From a virus (lineage: Duplodnaviria > Heunggongvirae > Uroviricota > Caudoviricetes): 47,208 nt of DNA. Under the pieces are notes generated by a model. It ran no database searches. It saw only the letters and a program-made list of their open reading frames with translations, and was not told the DNA's origin. Position numbers and translations under genes: made by a program. The stretch lies in the IMG/VR virus record IMGVR_UViG_2721755498_000001. One strand, given 5' to 3'. This document shows positions 29,161 to 45,363 of this stretch, one piece after another (the first letter of the stretch is position 1; the number at the start of each line of letters is the position of its first letter).

Positions 29161-32100
29161 TTTGGGGATTGATGCGGCAGAGTTTAAAAATGAAATTCCC
29201 CGTATCAAAAACCTTCTGAATGGTGCAGCCAGCGATGCAGAACGGTCTTCTGCCCGTATGCAGCGTTTTATGGAGCGTCAGACTCAGGCCGCCCGGCAGA
29301 CAATGCAGGCGGCTTCTTCGGCTGCAACAGCCGCATCCGTCCATGCGCAGACGGTGGAGAAGAGCGCACAGGTTCATGAACGCATGGCCCGCGAGGTGGA
29401 GCAAACCCGCCAGCGTATGGAGGCACTGAGCCAGAAAATGCGCGAGGAACAGGCGCAGGCCATGGCTCTGGCGGAGGCTCAGGATAAAGCGGCTGCCGCG
29501 TTTTATCGTCAGATTGACAGTGTGAAACAGGCCAGTGCGGGGCTGCAGGAATTACAGCGTATTCAGCAGCAGATCCGACAGGCCAGAAACAGTGGCGGGA
29601 TTGGTCAGCAGGATTATCTGGCGCTGATTTCTGAGGTTACGGCGAAAACCCGTGTTCTTACGCAGGCTGAGGCAGAGGCTACCCGACAGAAAGTGGCGTT
29701 TATCCGTCAGCTTAAAGAGCAGGCAACCCGCCAGAATCTTTCTTCTTCTGAGTTGCTTCGTGCTAAGGCTGCCCAGCTGGGGGTAAGCAGTGCTGCAGAA
29801 GTGTATATCCGCAAAATGGAGCAGGCAGGAAAAGCCACGCATTCGCTGGGTCTGAAAAGTGCAGCGGCCCGCCAGGAGATAGGCGTTCTGATAGGTGAAC
29901 TGGCTCGCGGCAATTTAGGTGCGCTGAGGGGATCCGGGATAACGCTGGCTAACCGTGCCGGATGGATAGACACACTGATGTCACCGAAAGGCATGATGCT
30001 GGGCGGGGTTATTGGCGGTATTGCCGCGGCCGTCTATGGTCTGGGTAAAGCCTGGAATGATGGTCAGAAGGAGGGGGAAGAATTTAACCGCCAGTTGTCG
30101 CTGACGGGGCATTATGCCGGAGTCACTGCCGGGCAGCTGTGGACGCTCAGTCGTGCTATTTCCGGGAATGGTATTACGCAACATGCTGCAGCCGGTGCGC
30201 TGGCTCAGGTGGTGGGGAGTGGTGCATTTCGTGGAAACGATATCGGTATGGTGGCGAGAGCTGCCGCACAGATGGAGCGATCGGTTGGCCAGTCGGTCAG
30301 CGATACCATAAATCAGTTTAAGCGGCTGAAGGATGATCCTGTAAATGCCGCGAAGGCTCTGGACAATGAGCTGCATTTTCTTACTGCCACTCAGCTTGAG
30401 CAGATACGCGTCCTTGGGGAGCAGGGGCGGTCCAGTGATGCTGCACGGATAGCCATGTCTGCACTGGCAGAGGAAACCGGTCGGCGTACTGCGGATATTG
30501 ATAATAACCTCAATGCGCTTGGCAGTACGCTGAAGTATCTGTCTGATTTGTGGAGTCGTTTCTGGGATGCGGCCATGAATATTGGTCGTGAAGACTCGCT
30601 GGATGAACAGATTGCCGCTTTACAGGAGAAAGTGTCGCGGGCGAAAAGACTCCCCTGGACGGCATCATCTTCTCAGGTTGAGTACGATCAGCAGCGTCTT
30701 AACGAGCTTCAGGAGAAAAAACGCCAGAAGGATTTGCAGGATGCAAAAGAGCAGGCAGAGCGGAATTATCAGGAGCAACAGAAACGCCGTAATGCTGAAA
30801 ATGCTGCACTGAACCGGATGAATGAAACGGAAGCAGCACGACATCAGCGTGAAATTGCGCGTATTAATGCCATGCAGTACGCCGATCAGGCTGTCAGGGA
30901 TGCGGCGATACAACGTGAAAATGAACGTTACGAGAAAGCCCTGGCATCCGGTAAGAAAAAAACACGCGAACCCCGTAATGATGAGGCCACCCGGTTATTG
31001 CTGCAGTACAGTCAGCAACAGGCACAGGTGGAAGGACAGATTGCTGCTGCCAGACAGTCAGCAGGCATTGCCACGGAAAGGATGACAGAAGCGCATAAAC
31101 AGCTTCTGGCTCTGCAGCAGCGCATCAGCGACCTGGACGGGAAAAAACTGACGGCAGATGAAAAGAGTGTGCTGGCCCGTAAAGATGAACTGATTCAGGC
31201 ACTGACGCTGCTGGATGTAAAACAGCAGGAGCTTCAGAAACAGACGGCACTCAACGAGCTGAAGAAAAAAACAATTCAGCTGACCAGTCAACTGGCTGAA
31301 GAAGAGCGCGCTCAGCGTCAGCAACATGACCTGGATATCGCCACGGTGGGTATGGGTGATCAGCAGCGGCAGCGATATCAGGTACAACTGAGTCTTCGCC
31401 AGAAATACCAGCAACAGCTGGAGCAGTTGAGGCGGGATAGTGAGCAGAAAGGAACATATAACACGGATGACTACAGAAAGGCCGAGCAGGCGCTGACGGA
31501 GAGCCTGAACCGACAACTGAATGAGAATCGCCGTTACTGGCAACAGCTTGAAGTTGTGCAGGGTAACTGGAAAAACGGAGTCCTGCGTGCATTTCAGGAT
31601 TTTACCGTGGATGCAGATAATACGGCAGGAACAGCAGAACAGGTGTTCTCGTCAGCCTTCAGCAACATGGGAAATGGCCTGGCAACTTTTGTCACTACCG
31701 GCAAACTCAATTTCAAATCCTTCACCTCTTCTGTGCTGTCAGATATGGCGAAAATCCTGGCGCAGGCAACCATGATGAAATCGATAAAAGGGATTGGCAG
31801 TGTACTGGGATTTGATCTCAGCAGCCTTTCCCTGAATGCCAATGGGGGGATTTATCAGTCTGCTGATTTGAGCCGTTACAGTGGCACGGTGGTTAACCGT
31901 CCGACGTTTTTTGCTTTTGCAAAAGGCGCGGGTGTGATGGGGGAAGCGGGACCTGAAGCCATTCTGCCACTGCGTCGTGGTGCTGACGGTAAGCTGGGGG
32001 TTGTGGCGGATATTGGTGGTTCAGGTATGGCGATGTTTGCCCCGCAGTACAACATCGAGATCAATAACGATGGCACGAACGGGCAGATAGGTCCGGCTGC

Positions 32101-32197
32101 CCTGAAGGTGGTTTATGACCTTGGGAAAAAAGCGGCAGCGGACTTTATGCAACAGCAGGCCCGTGATGGTGGTCGGTTAAGTGGAGCATATCGGTAA
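29132..32197 (+). CDS. H: Tail tape measure protein
   Basis: About 1020 aa, coiled-coil-rich and Q/A/R-rich; between G/T and M. Confidence 0.85.
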   Translation: MDQIANLVIDLGIDAAEFKNEIPRIKNLLNGAASDAERSSARMQRFMERQTQAARQTMQAASSAATAASVHAQTVEKSAQVHERMAREVEQTRQRMEALSQKMREEQAQAMALAEAQDKAAAAFYRQIDSVKQASAGLQELQRIQQQIRQARNSGGIGQQDYLALISEVTAKTRVLTQAEAEATRQKVAFIRQLKEQATRQNLSSSELLRAKAAQLGVSSAAEVYIRKMEQAGKATHSLGLKSAAARQEIGVLIGELARGNLGALRGSGITLANRAGWIDTLMSPKGMMLGGVIGGIAAAVYGLGKAWNDGQKEGEEFNRQLSLTGHYAGVTAGQLWTLSRAISGNGITQHAAAGALAQVVGSGAFRGNDIGMVARAAAQMERSVGQSVSDTINQFKRLKDDPVNAAKALDNELHFLTATQLEQIRVLGEQGRSSDAARIAMSALAEETGRRTADIDNNLNALGSTLKYLSDLWSRFWDAAMNIGREDSLDEQIAALQEKVSRAKRLPWTASSSQVEYDQQRLNELQEKKRQKDLQDAKEQAERNYQEQQKRRNAENAALNRMNETEAARHQREIARINAMQYADQAVRDAAIQRENERYEKALASGKKKTREPRNDEATRLLLQYSQQQAQVEGQIAAARQSAGIATERMTEAHKQLLALQQRISDLDGKKLTADEKSVLARKDELIQALTLLDVKQQELQKQTALNELKKKTIQLTSQLAEEERAQRQQHDLDIATVGMGDQQRQRYQVQLSLRQKYQQQLEQLRRDSEQKGTYNTDDYRKAEQALTESLNRQLNENRRYWQQLEVVQGNWKNGVLRAFQDFTVDADNTAGTAEQVFSSAFSNMGNGLATFVTTGKLNFKSFTSSVLSDMAKILAQATMMKSIKGIGSVLGFDLSSLSLNANGGIYQSADLSRYSGTVVNRPTFFAFAKGAGVMGEAGPEAILPLRRGADGKLGVVADIGGSGMAMFAPQYNIEINNDGTNGQIGPAALKVVYDLGKKAAADFMQQQARDGGRLSGAYR

Positions 32198-32526
32198 TGG
32201 AGACGTTTCACTGGAAAGTGCGCCCGGATATGAATGTGGTATCAGAGCCGAAAGTGGTGACAGTGAAGCTGGGCGATGGTTATGAACAGCGTCGTGCGGC
32301 GGGACTGAATAACCAGTTGTCGATTTACAGCGTGACGATACGTGTTCGTAAATGTGAACACCCATCTTTAAAAGCCTTTCTGGAACGGCACGGTGGCGTC
32401 CGCGCATTTCAGTGGACGCCACCTTATGACTGGAAGCCGATCAGGGTGGTTTGTCGTAAATGGTCGGCAAGCGTGGGGGCGCTGTGGGTAACCATAACGG
32501 CAGATTTTGAACAGGTCGTGGCATAG
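32197..32526 (+). CDS. M: Minor tail protein M
   Basis: 109 aa, the same length as lambda gpM; position. Confidence 0.7.
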   Translation: METFHWKVRPDMNVVSEPKVVTVKLGDGYEQRRAAGLNNQLSIYSVTIRVRKCEHPSLKAFLERHGGVRAFQWTPPYDWKPIRVVCRKWSASVGALWVTITADFEQVVA

Positions 32527-32535
32527 GAGGCTCTG

Positions 32536-33234
32536 ATGCAGGATATTCCACAGGAAACACATCATGAGACGACACGCCTCACTCAGTCAGCCCAGGTGGT
32601 GCTCTGGGAAATCGATCTGACAGAGGTCGGTGGTGAACGTTATTTTTTCTGTAATGAGCAGAACGAAAAAGGTGAGCCGGTTACCTGGCAGGGGCGGCAG
32701 TATCAGGCATACCCCATTCAGGGGACGGGATTTGAGATGAACGGCAAGGGCAGTGCTGCCCGTCCGACACTGACGGTTTCTAACCTGCACGGCATGGTCA
32801 CCGGGATGGCGGAAGACCTGCAGAGTCTGGTCGGCGGAACGGTGGTCCGGCGTAAGGTTTACGCCCGTTTTCTGGATGCGGTGAACTTCGTCAACGGAAA
32901 CAGTGACGCCGATCCGGAGCAGGAGGTGATCAGCCGCTGGCGCATCGAGCAGTGCAGCGAACTGAGCGCGGTGAGTGCCTCTTTTGTACTGTCCACGCCG
33001 ACGGAAACGGACGGCGCTGTTTTTCCGGGCCGCATCATGCTGGCTAATACCTGCACCTGGACCTATCGCGGTGATGAGTGCGGTTATCACGGTCCGGCTG
33101 TCGCGGATGAATATGACCAGCCGACGTCCAATATCACGAAGGATAAATGCAGCAAATGCCTGAGTGGCTGTAAGTTTCGCAATAACGTCGGCAACTTTGG
33201 CGGCTTCCTTTCCATTAACAAACTTTCGCAGTAA
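32536..33234 (+). CDS. L: Minor tail protein L
   Basis: 232 aa, the same length as lambda gpL; C-terminal Cys cluster. Confidence 0.75.
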   Translation: MQDIPQETHHETTRLTQSAQVVLWEIDLTEVGGERYFFCNEQNEKGEPVTWQGRQYQAYPIQGTGFEMNGKGSAARPTLTVSNLHGMVTGMAEDLQSLVGGTVVRRKVYARFLDAVNFVNGNSDADPEQEVISRWRIEQCSELSAVSASFVLSTPTETDGAVFPGRIMLANTCTWTYRGDECGYHGPAVADEYDQPTSNITKDKCSKCLSGCKFRNNVGNFGGFLSINKLSQ

Positions 33235-33239
33235 ATCCC

Positions 33240-33983
33240 ATGACAGAGACAGAATCAGCGATTCTCGCGCACGCCCGGCGATGTGCGCCAGCGGAGTCGT
33301 GCGGCTTCGTGGTGAGAACGCCGGAAGGGGAAAGATATTTTCCCTGCGTGAATATCTCCGGTGAGCCGGAGGCGTATTTCCGGATGGCTCCGGAGGACTG
33401 GCTGCGGGCAGAAATGCAGGGTGAGATTGTGGCGCTGGTCCACAGTCACCCCGGTGGTCTGCCCTGGCTGAGTGAGGCCGACCGGCGGCTGCAGGTGCAG
33501 AGTGATTTGCCGTGGTGGCTGGTCTACCGGGGGGCGATTCACAAGTTCCGCTGTGTGCCACATCTTACCGGGCGGCGCTTTGAGCACGGGGTGACGGACT
33601 GTTACACGCTGTTCCGGGATGCTTACCATCTGGCGGGGATTGAGATGCCGGATTTTCATCGCGGGGATGACTGGTGGCGTCACGGTCAGAATCTCTATCT
33701 GGATAATCTGGAGGCAACGGGGCTATATCAGGTGCCGTTGTCAGCGGCGCAGCCGGGCGATGTGCTGCTGTGCTGTTTTGGTTCATCGGTGCCGAATCAT
33801 GCCGCTATTTACTGCGGCGACGGCGAGCTGCTGCACCATATTCCTGAACAACTGAGCAAACGAGAGAGGTATACCGACAAATGGCAGCGACGCACACACT
33901 CCCTCTGGCGTCACCGGGCATGGCGCGCATCTGCCTTTACGGGGATTTACAACGATTTGGCCGCCGCATCGATCTGCGTGTGA
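33240..33983 (+). CDS. K: Tail assembly protein K (JAB/MPN plus NlpC/P60-like)
   Basis: HSHP metal-binding motif (VALVHSHPGG) and a Cys/His peptidase-like region; position. Confidence 0.7.
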   Translation: MTETESAILAHARRCAPAESCGFVVRTPEGERYFPCVNISGEPEAYFRMAPEDWLRAEMQGEIVALVHSHPGGLPWLSEADRRLQVQSDLPWWLVYRGAIHKFRCVPHLTGRRFEHGVTDCYTLFRDAYHLAGIEMPDFHRGDDWWRHGQNLYLDNLEATGLYQVPLSAAQPGDVLLCCFGSSVPNHAAIYCGDGELLHHIPEQLSKRERYTDKWQRRTHSLWRHRAWRASAFTGIYNDLAAASICV

Positions 33984-34522
33984 AAACGGGGGCCGAAGCC
34001 ATCCGGGCGCTGGCCATGCAGATCCCGGCGTTTCGTCAGAAGCTGAGCGACGGCTGGTATCAGGTACGCATTGCCGGGCGTGATACAGGTGAAACGGAAT
34101 TATCAGCCCGTCTTAATGAACCGCTGGCAAATGGTGCTGTGATCCATATCGTGCCGCGTCTGGCGGGAGCCAAAAGTGGCGGTGTGTTTCAGGCTGTGCT
34201 GGGGGCGGCTGTTATGGCGGTTGCTATATGGATGCCGGGGGTAGGAATTATGGCGAGTAATCTGCTGTTTTCTCTCGGTGCCAGTATGACGCTTGGCGGT
34301 GTTGCACAGATGCTGGCCTCTAAACCCAAAACCCCCCGCACACAGACAACGGATAACGGCAAACAGAACACCTATTTTTCTTCACTGGATAACATGGTTG
34401 CCCAGGGCAATGTTCTGCCTGTTCTGTACGGTGAAATGCGCGTGGGGTCACGCGTGGTTTCTCAGGAGATCAGCACGGCAGACGAAGGGGATGGTGGTCA
34501 GGTTGTGGTGATTGGTCGCTGA
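33881..34522 (+). CDS. I: Tail assembly protein I (start uncertain; overlaps K)
   Basis: About 200 aa between K and J; Gly-rich hydrophobic C-terminus. Confidence 0.6.
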   Translation: MAATHTLPLASPGMARICLYGDLQRFGRRIDLRVKTGAEAIRALAMQIPAFRQKLSDGWYQVRIAGRDTGETELSARLNEPLANGAVIHIVPRLAGAKSGGVFQAVLGAAVMAVAIWMPGVGIMASNLLFSLGASMTLGGVAQMLASKPKTPRTQTTDNGKQNTYFSSLDNMVAQGNVLPVLYGEMRVGSRVVSQEISTADEGDGGQVVVIGR

Positions 34523-34579
34523 TGCAAAATGTTTTATGTGAAACCGCCTGCGGGCGGTTTTGTCGTTTATGGAGCGTGA

Positions 34580-37981
<3,402 letters not shown>

Positions 37982-38047
37982 ATTTTATAACCCAGAACGG
38001 GCGTCAGAAATGACGCCTTTTTTATTGCAGAAAAGCGAGAGGTAATT

Positions 38048-38647
38048 ATGCGTAAACTTTATGCCGCCATTTTGTCCGCAGCCATTTGTCTGGCCGTATC
38101 CGGTGCGCCTGCATGGGCGTCTGAACATCAGTCCACGCTGAGCGCGGGGTATCTTCATGCCCGGACGAACGTTCCCGGCAGTGATGATCTGAACGGGATT
38201 AACGTGAAATACCGTTATGAGTTTACGGACACACTGGGGATGGTGACGTCGTTCAGCTATGCAGGAGACAAGAATCGCCAGATTACCCGTTACAGCGATA
38301 CCCGCTGGCATGAAGATTCCGTTCGTAACCGCTGGTTCAGCGTGATGGCGGGGCCGTCTGTACGCGTGAATGAATGGTTCAGCGCGTATGCGATGGCGGG
38401 TGTGGCTTACAGCCGTGTGTCGACTTTCTCCGGGGATTATCTCCGCGTAACTGACAACAAGGGGAAAACGCACGATGTGCTGACCGGAAGTGATGACGGT
38501 CGCCACAGCAACACGTCTCTGGCGTGGGGGGCTGGCGTGCAGTTTAACCCGACCGAATCCGTGGCCATTGATATTGCTTATGAAGGCTCCGGCAGTGGCG
38601 ACTGGCGCACTGACGGTTTCATCGTGGGTGTCGGTTATAAGTTCTGA
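38048..38647 (+). CDS. lom: Lom-like outer-membrane protein (Ail/OmpX/PagC family)
   Basis: Signal peptide and beta-barrel-like alternating pattern ending in the aromatic residue YKF; immediately after J as in lambda. Confidence 0.8.
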   Translation: MRKLYAAILSAAICLAVSGAPAWASEHQSTLSAGYLHARTNVPGSDDLNGINVKYRYEFTDTLGMVTSFSYAGDKNRQITRYSDTRWHEDSVRNRWFSVMAGPSVRVNEWFSAYAMAGVAYSRVSTFSGDYLRVTDNKGKTHDVLTGSDDGRHSNTSLAWGAGVQFNPTESVAIDIAYEGSGSGDWRTDGFIVGVGYKF

Positions 38648-38711
38648 TTAGCCAGGTAACACAGTGTTATGACAGCCCGCCGTTTCAGGTGGGCTTTTTT
38701 GTGGGGTGAAT

Positions 38712-41700
38712 ATGGCAGTAAAAATTTCAGGTGTACTGAAAGACGGCACAGGAAAACCGGTACAGAACTGCACAATCCAGCTGAAAGCAAAACGTAACAG
38801 TACCACGGTGGTGGTGAACACGCTGGCATCTGAAAATCCGGATGAAGCCGGGCGTTACAGTATGGACGTTGAGTACGGTCAGTACAGCGTTATTCTGTTG
38901 GTGGAAGGATTCCCGCCGTCACATGCCGGGACCATCACAGTGTATGAAGATTCCCGACCCGGTACGCTGAATGATTTTCTCGGTGCCATGACGGAGGATG
39001 ATGCCCGTCCGGAGGCACTGCGCCGTTTTGAGCTGATGGTGGAAGAGGTGGCGCGTAACGCGTCCGTGGTGGCACAGAACACGGCAGCCGCGAAGAAGTC
39101 AGCCAGTGATGCCAGCACATCAGCCCGTGAGGCGGCAACCCATGCGACTGATGCTGCAGGCTCAGCACGCGCAGCCAGCACATCAGCCGGGCAGGCCGCT
39201 TCGTCGGCTCAGTCAGCGTCTTCCAGCGCAGGAACGGCATCAACAAAGGCCACTGAAGCGGAAAAAAGTGCTGCCGCTGCAGAGTCCTCAAAAAGCGCGG
39301 CAGCTACCAGTGCCGGTGCGGCGAAAACGTCAGAAACGAATGCGGCAGCGTCACAAAAATCTGCAGCCACTTCTGCATCCGCAGCGACCACAAAGGCGTC
39401 AGAAGCTGCCACCTCAGCCCGGGATGCGGCGGCCTCAAAAGAGGCAGCGAAATCATCAGAAACGAACGCATCATCAAGCGCCAGTAGTGCCGCTTCCTCG
39501 GCAACGGCGGCAGGAAATTCCGCGAAGGCGGCAAAAACGTCCGAGACGAACGCCAGGTCTTCTGAAACGGCAGCGGGACAGAGTGCCTCAGCTGCGGCAG
39601 GCTCAAAAACAGCGGCTGCATCATCTGCCAGTGCCGCATCAACAAGTGCCGGGCAGGCCTCAGCCAGTGCCACCGCTGCCGGAAAGTCGGCAGAAAGTGC
39701 CGCATCGTCTGCTTCAACAGCCACAACGAAGGCTGGCGAAGCCACTGAACAGGCCAGCGCAGCAGCGAGGTCAGCTTCCGCAGCGAAGACATCCGAAACG
39801 AACGCGAAAGCGTCGGAAACCCGTGCAGAATCCTCAAAAACGGCTGCCGCATCGTCAGCCAGTTCGGCGGCGTCATCGGCATCATCGGCGTCTGCTTCAA
39901 AAGATGAGGCGACCAGACAGGCGTCAGCAGCGAAGGGCAGCGCCACGACGGCATCCACGAAGGCGACAGAGGCAGCTGGCAGTGCGACGGCGGCAGCTCA
40001 GAGCAAAAGTACGGCGGAATCTGCAGCAACGCGCGCTGAGACAGCGGCAAAACGGGCAGAGGATATTGCATCCGCCGTGGCGCTTGAGGATGCAAGTACG
40101 ACGAAAAAGGGGATAGTACAGCTCAGCAGTGCGACCAACAGCACGTCTGAAACGCTGGCGGCAACGCCAAAGGCAGTAAAAGCAGCCTATGACAATGCAG
40201 AGAAACGTCTGCAGAAAGACCAGAACGGCGCTGATATACCCGATAAGGGACGCTTCCTGAACAACATTAACGCGGTCAGTAAAACAGACTTTGCTGATAA
40301 GCGTGGTATGCGTTATGTGCGGGTTAACGCTCCTGCAGGTGCAACATCTGGAAAATATTACCCTGTTGTTGTTATGCGTTCTGCTGGCTCAGTAAGCGAA
40401 CTGGCATCAAGGGTCATTATCACCACGGCAACGCGAACCGCAGACGATCCGATGAATAACTGCGAGTTTAACGGATTTGTTATGCCTGGTGGCTGGACTG
40501 ACAGGGGGCGTTATGCTTATGGAATGTTCTGGCAATATCAAAACAATGAACGAGCCATCCACTCAATAATGATGAGTAATAAGGGCGATGATTTGCGCTC
40601 TGTGTTCTATGTTGATGGCGCTGCTTTCCCTGTTTTTGCGTTCATCGAAGATGGCCTGTCAATATCCGCACCTGGTGCTGATCTCGTTGTTAATGATACG
40701 ACCTATAAGTTTGGGGCAACAAATCCGGCGACTGAATGTATCGCGGCGGACGTTATCCTTGATTTTAAGAGTGGGCGTGGTTTTTATGAGTCCCATTCGT
40801 TAATCGTTAACGATAACTTGTCGTGCAAAAAACTTTTTGCCACAGACGAAATTGTAGCGCGTGGTGGTAATCAGATTCGAATGATAGGTGGGGAGTATGG
40901 TGCATTATGGCGTAATGATGGCGCTAAAACTTACCTGCTGCTTACCAATCAAGGTGATGTTTATGGTGGCTGGAATACATTAAGACCGTTTGCTATTGAT
41001 AACGCAACCGGCGAACTGGTTATTGGAACCAAACTGTCCGCAAGTCTGAACGGTAACGCATTGACAGCAACAAAGCTGCAAACGCCAAGACTGGTTTCTG
41101 GTGTTGAGTTTGATGGTTCCAGAGATATTACTTTAACCGCCGCGCATGTGGCTGCTTTTGCCAGAAGGGCAACGGATACATATGCCGATGCGGATGGTGG
41201 CGTTCCCTGGAATGCCGAATCAGGTGCTTACAATGTCACCCGCTCTGGCGACAGCTATATTCTGGTTAACTTCTATACCGGAGTCGGAAGTTGCCGGACC
41301 TTGCAGATGAAGGCGCATTACAGAAATGGTGGTCTGTTCTACCGTTCTTCAAGAGACGGTTATGGTTTTGAGGAAGACTGGGCAGAAGTTTATACCTCGA
41401 AAAATCTTCCACCAGAAAGCTACCCAGTCGGCGCACCAATCCCGTGGCCATCAGATACCGTTCCGTCTGGTTATGCCCTGATGCAGGGGCAGACTTTTGA
41501 CAAATCTGCTTACCCGAAACTTGCAGCCGCTTATCCGTCAGGCGTGATCCCTGATATGCGTGGCTGGACGATTAAGGGCAAACCTGCCAGTGGTCGGGCC
41601 GTATTGTCTCAGGAACAGGACGGCATTAAATCGCATACCCACAGCGCCAGCGCATCCAGTACGGATTTGGGGACGAAAACCACATCGTCGTTTGATTACG

Positions 41701-42062
41701 GCACTAAATCCACGAATAACACTGGTGCGCATACCCATAGTGTTAGCGGTACGGCTGCTTCAGCCGGTGCACATACCCATTCGATGACATTTGTTTCAGG
41801 TGGTTCCAGTGGTGCTCCGGGAAGTGGATCACCTGATTATTCTAAATACAGTGTTAACACTTCTTCTGCAGGCGCTCATACGCACTCTGTATCGGGTACT
41901 GCTGCAAGCGCAGGTGCACACGCACATACTGTCGGTATTGGTGCTCATACGCACTCCGTTGCGATTGGCTCACATGGACACACCATCACCGTTAACGCTG
42001 CTGGTAACGCGGAAAACACCGTCAAAAACATCGCATTTAACTATATTGTGAGGCTTGCATAA
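38712..42062 (+). CDS. stf: Side tail fibre protein with Ala/Ser/Thr-rich repeats and C-terminal His-x-His repeats
   Basis: Low-complexity central region with repeated AAKTSETNA units; C-terminal GAHTHS repeats; followed by tfa. Confidence 0.8.
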   Translation: MAVKISGVLKDGTGKPVQNCTIQLKAKRNSTTVVVNTLASENPDEAGRYSMDVEYGQYSVILLVEGFPPSHAGTITVYEDSRPGTLNDFLGAMTEDDARPEALRRFELMVEEVARNASVVAQNTAAAKKSASDASTSAREAATHATDAAGSARAASTSAGQAASSAQSASSSAGTASTKATEAEKSAAAAESSKSAAATSAGAAKTSETNAAASQKSAATSASAATTKASEAATSARDAAASKEAAKSSETNASSSASSAASSATAAGNSAKAAKTSETNARSSETAAGQSASAAAGSKTAAASSASAASTSAGQASASATAAGKSAESAASSASTATTKAGEATEQASAAARSASAAKTSETNAKASETRAESSKTAAASSASSAASSASSASASKDEATRQASAAKGSATTASTKATEAAGSATAAAQSKSTAESAATRAETAAKRAEDIASAVALEDASTTKKGIVQLSSATNSTSETLAATPKAVKAAYDNAEKRLQKDQNGADIPDKGRFLNNINAVSKTDFADKRGMRYVRVNAPAGATSGKYYPVVVMRSAGSVSELASRVIITTATRTADDPMNNCEFNGFVMPGGWTDRGRYAYGMFWQYQNNERAIHSIMMSNKGDDLRSVFYVDGAAFPVFAFIEDGLSISAPGADLVVNDTTYKFGATNPATECIAADVILDFKSGRGFYESHSLIVNDNLSCKKLFATDEIVARGGNQIRMIGGEYGALWRNDGAKTYLLLTNQGDVYGGWNTLRPFAIDNATGELVIGTKLSASLNGNALTATKLQTPRLVSGVEFDGSRDITLTAAHVAAFARRATDTYADADGGVPWNAESGAYNVTRSGDSYILVNFYTGVGSCRTLQMKAHYRNGGLFYRSSRDGYGFEEDWAEVYTSKNLPPESYPVGAPIPWPSDTVPSGYALMQGQTFDKSAYPKLAAAYPSGVIPDMRGWTIKGKPASGRAVLSQEQDGIKSHTHSASASSTDLGTKTTSSFDYGTKSTNNTGAHTHSVSGTAASAGAHTHSMTFVSGGSSGAPGSGSPDYSKYSVNTSSAGAHTHSVSGTAASAGAHAHTVGIGAHTHSVAIGSHGHTITVNAAGNAENTVKNIAFNYIVRLA

Positions 42063-42646
42063 TGGTATTCAGAATGAGTGAACAACCACGGACCATAACA
42101 ATTTATAATCTGCTGGCCGGAACTAATGAATTTATTGGTGAAGGTGATGCATATATTCCGCCTCATACAGGTCTGCCAGCAAACAGTACCGATATTGCAC
42201 CGCCAGATATTCCGGCAGGCTTCGTGGCTGTTTTCAACAGTGATGAGGCATCGTGGCATCTCGTTGAAGATCATCGGGGTAAAACGGTTTATGACGTAGC
42301 GTCAGGGGACGCGTTATTTATTTCTGAACTCGGTCCGTTACCGGAAAATGTTACCTGGTTATCGCCGGAAGGGGAGTTTCAGAAGTGGAACGGCACAGCC
42401 TGGGTGAAAGATGCAGAAGCAGAAAAACTGTTCCGGATCCGGGAGGCGGAAGAAACAAAAAACAGCCTGATGCAGGTAGCCAGTGAGCATATTGCGCCAC
42501 TTCAGGATGCTGTAGATCTGGAAATCGCAACGGAGGAAGAAACCTCATTGCTGGAAGCCTGGAAAAAGTATCGGGTGTTGCTGAACCGTGTTGATACATC
42601 AACTGCACCGGATATTGAGTGGCCAGAAGAACCAGACACCGTGTAA
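42062..42646 (+). CDS. tfa: Tail fibre assembly protein
   Basis: 194 aa immediately after stf; N-terminal region resembles Tfa. Confidence 0.75.
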   Translation: MVFRMSEQPRTITIYNLLAGTNEFIGEGDAYIPPHTGLPANSTDIAPPDIPAGFVAVFNSDEASWHLVEDHRGKTVYDVASGDALFISELGPLPENVTWLSPEGEFQKWNGTAWVKDAEAEKLFRIREAEETKNSLMQVASEHIAPLQDAVDLEIATEEETSLLEAWKKYRVLLNRVDTSTAPDIEWPEEPDTV

Positions 42647-42649
42647 GCA

Positions 42650-42697
42650 AAAAAGAAAAACCGCAGACACGACGTATGCATGACGTGCTGCGGTTTA
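42650..42697. terminator. Bidirectional terminator between tfa and the GIY-YIG gene
   Basis: A-tract, hairpin ccgcag ... ctgcgg (42661-42692), then tttatg; lies between convergent genes. Confidence 0.5.
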
Positions 42698-42715
42698 TGC
42701 TTATCACTTAAAGAC

Positions 42716-43534
<819 letters not shown>

Positions 43535-43895
43535 TCATTGCAAGGGCTCACAACCAGTAGTGTTGAGAAAACCATCGGAGAAATGAGGCTAAGCCTTTGA
43601 ATTTACATAGTACAAAAAAGATACTTTTCCTCATAATGTGAGCTAATTTTATGTTTCGTTTGATGATTGGACCGGTCTCGAAAACCGTAGACACATAGTA
43701 TGCGTTAATTTATGAACAAACTACTTGTCTGCTGTTTTTCTGTCATTAGTCGTATATAGAATGATTCTCTATGCCTAACAAAGCATCACCAGTGCTAGAT
43801 TACGTTGTAGTCACTGTTTAAATATCCAGATAAAACATTTCCTTCTGGGTTGAATGAGTGATAAAGTTTCACCCATTAGACCCCTTGGAGGAATT

Positions 43896-45329
43896 ATGTC
43901 TGAATTTGAAGTGTTGGCACAGCATCTGCTGAAGGAAGCCGAGGCGGAAGAAAAGCTGCGACAGGAAAATGATAAAAAGCTTATCGAGAAAGTGCTGGAA
44001 ATCTATGATCAGAAGTATGTGGCTGAATTACTGAGAAAAGTCGGAAAAAATGAGTGGAGCCGTGAAACCATTAACCGCTGGATTAATGGCAAGTGTTTAC
44101 CAAAATCGTTGACTTCAGTAGAAGAGTCTCTTCTGCGTAAGATGCTACCAGAACCACCTGCAAACCATCCGGAATATGCTTTCCGCTTCATTGACTTATT
44201 TGCTGGAATTGGAGGGATACGGAAAGGTTTTGAGGCCATTGGAGGCCAGTGTGTTTTTACCAGTGAATGGAATAAAGATGCTGTGCGTACATACAAGGCC
44301 AACTGGTTTAACGATGAACAGGTGCATAAATTCAATCTCGATATTCGGGAAGTCACGCTGAGTGATAAAACCGATGTATTGGAAACGGATGCTTATGCAT
44401 ATATTGATGAGCATGTGCCGGATCATGATGTGCTTCTTGCGGGGTTCCCGTGCCAGCCATTTAGCCTTGCTGGTGTTAGTAAGAAAAACTCACTTGGTCG
44501 TGCGCATGGTTTTGAATGTGAAGCACAAGGAACACTTTTTTTTGACGTGGCACGTATTATACGAGCAAAAAAACCGGCAATTTTTGTGCTGGAAAATGTC
44601 AAAAATCTGAAGAGCCATGATAAGGGTAAAACTTTCAAAGTCATTATGGAGACCCTTGACGAGCTGGGCTACGAAGTTGCCGATGCTGCAGAAATGGGAA
44701 AAAACGATCCAAAGATTATCGATGGGAAGCATTTTTTGCCTCAGCATCGTGAACGCATTGTTCTGGTCGGATTTAGACGAGATCTGAATATTCACAAGGG
44801 GTTTACCTTGCGTGATATCAGTCGTTTTTATCCGGAACACCGCCCATCATTTGGTGAATTGCTGGAGCCTGTAGTCGACAGTAAATATATACTTACGCCA
44901 AAACTATGGGAGTACCTTTATAACTACGCCAAAAAGCATGCAGCCAAGGGGAATGGTTTTGGCTTTGGGTTGGTCAATCCTGAGAATAAGGAAAGCATTG
45001 CACGCACACTTTCTGCCAGATATCACAAAGACGGATCAGAAATTCTTATTGATCGTGGTTGGGATATGGCAACGGGAGAGGCTGACTTTATGAATGAGAG
45101 TAATCAGGCTCGTCGACCACGCAGGCTGACTCCCCGAGAGTGCGCACGCCTTATGGGATTTGAAAAACCTGGAGGGAAACCATTCCGTATTCCGGTTTCA
45201 GATACTCAGTCATATCGGCAGTTCGGTAACTCAGTTGTGGTGCCAGTATTTGAAGCTGTTGCCAGACTTCTGGAACCCTATATCCTCAAAGCTGTTTCTG
45301 CTGATGCTGGTAAGACTGGGCAGCCTTGA
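43896..45329 (+). CDS. DNA cytosine-5 methyltransferase, Dcm / M.EcoRII-like
   Basis: Motif [16 protein letters not shown], motif [10 protein letters not shown], motif VI ENVKNL; N-terminal region close to E. coli Dcm; 477 aa from the RBS-supported ATG, the length recalled for M.EcoRII. Confidence 0.9.
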   Translation: MSEFEVLAQHLLKEAEAEEKLRQENDKKLIEKVLEIYDQKYVAELLRKVGKNEWSRETINRWINGKCLPKSLTSVEESLLRKMLPEPPANHPEYAFRFIDLFAGIGGIRKGFEAIGGQCVFTSEWNKDAVRTYKANWFNDEQVHKFNLDIREVTLSDKTDVLETDAYAYIDEHVPDHDVLLAGFPCQPFSLAGVSKKNSLGRAHGFECEAQGTLFFDVARIIRAKKPAIFVLENVKNLKSHDKGKTFKVIMETLDELGYEVADAAEMGKNDPKIIDGKHFLPQHRERIVLVGFRRDLNIHKGFTLRDISRFYPEHRPSFGELLEPVVDSKYILTPKLWEYLYNYAKKHAAKGNGFGFGLVNPENKESIARTLSARYHKDGSEILIDRGWDMATGEADFMNESNQARRPRRLTPRECARLMGFEKPGGKPFRIPVSDTQSYRQFGNSVVVPVFEAVARLLEPYILKAVSADAGKTGQP

Positions 45330-45363
45330 GAACATCTCCCGGCCTTTTAAGCCGGGAGTCAGC

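Noticed and set aside
31058-31543. 161-aa minus-strand ORF antisense to the tape measure gene
   Set aside because: Lies entirely inside a well-supported long CDS; Leu/Gln-rich composition mirrors the sense-strand codons; no start signals.
32587-33561. 324-aa minus-strand ORF antisense to tail genes L and K
   Set aside because: Pro/Arg/Ala-rich composition typical of an antisense frame through GC-rich coding DNA; overlaps two conserved tail genes.
38879-40116. Several long ORFs on both strands (100 to 336 aa) over the tail-fibre repeat region
   Set aside because: All fall inside the Ala/Ser/Thr-rich repeat tract of stf, where GC-rich codon repeats keep alternative frames open; their products are extreme low-complexity Pro/Arg/Gln or Ala/Asp strings.
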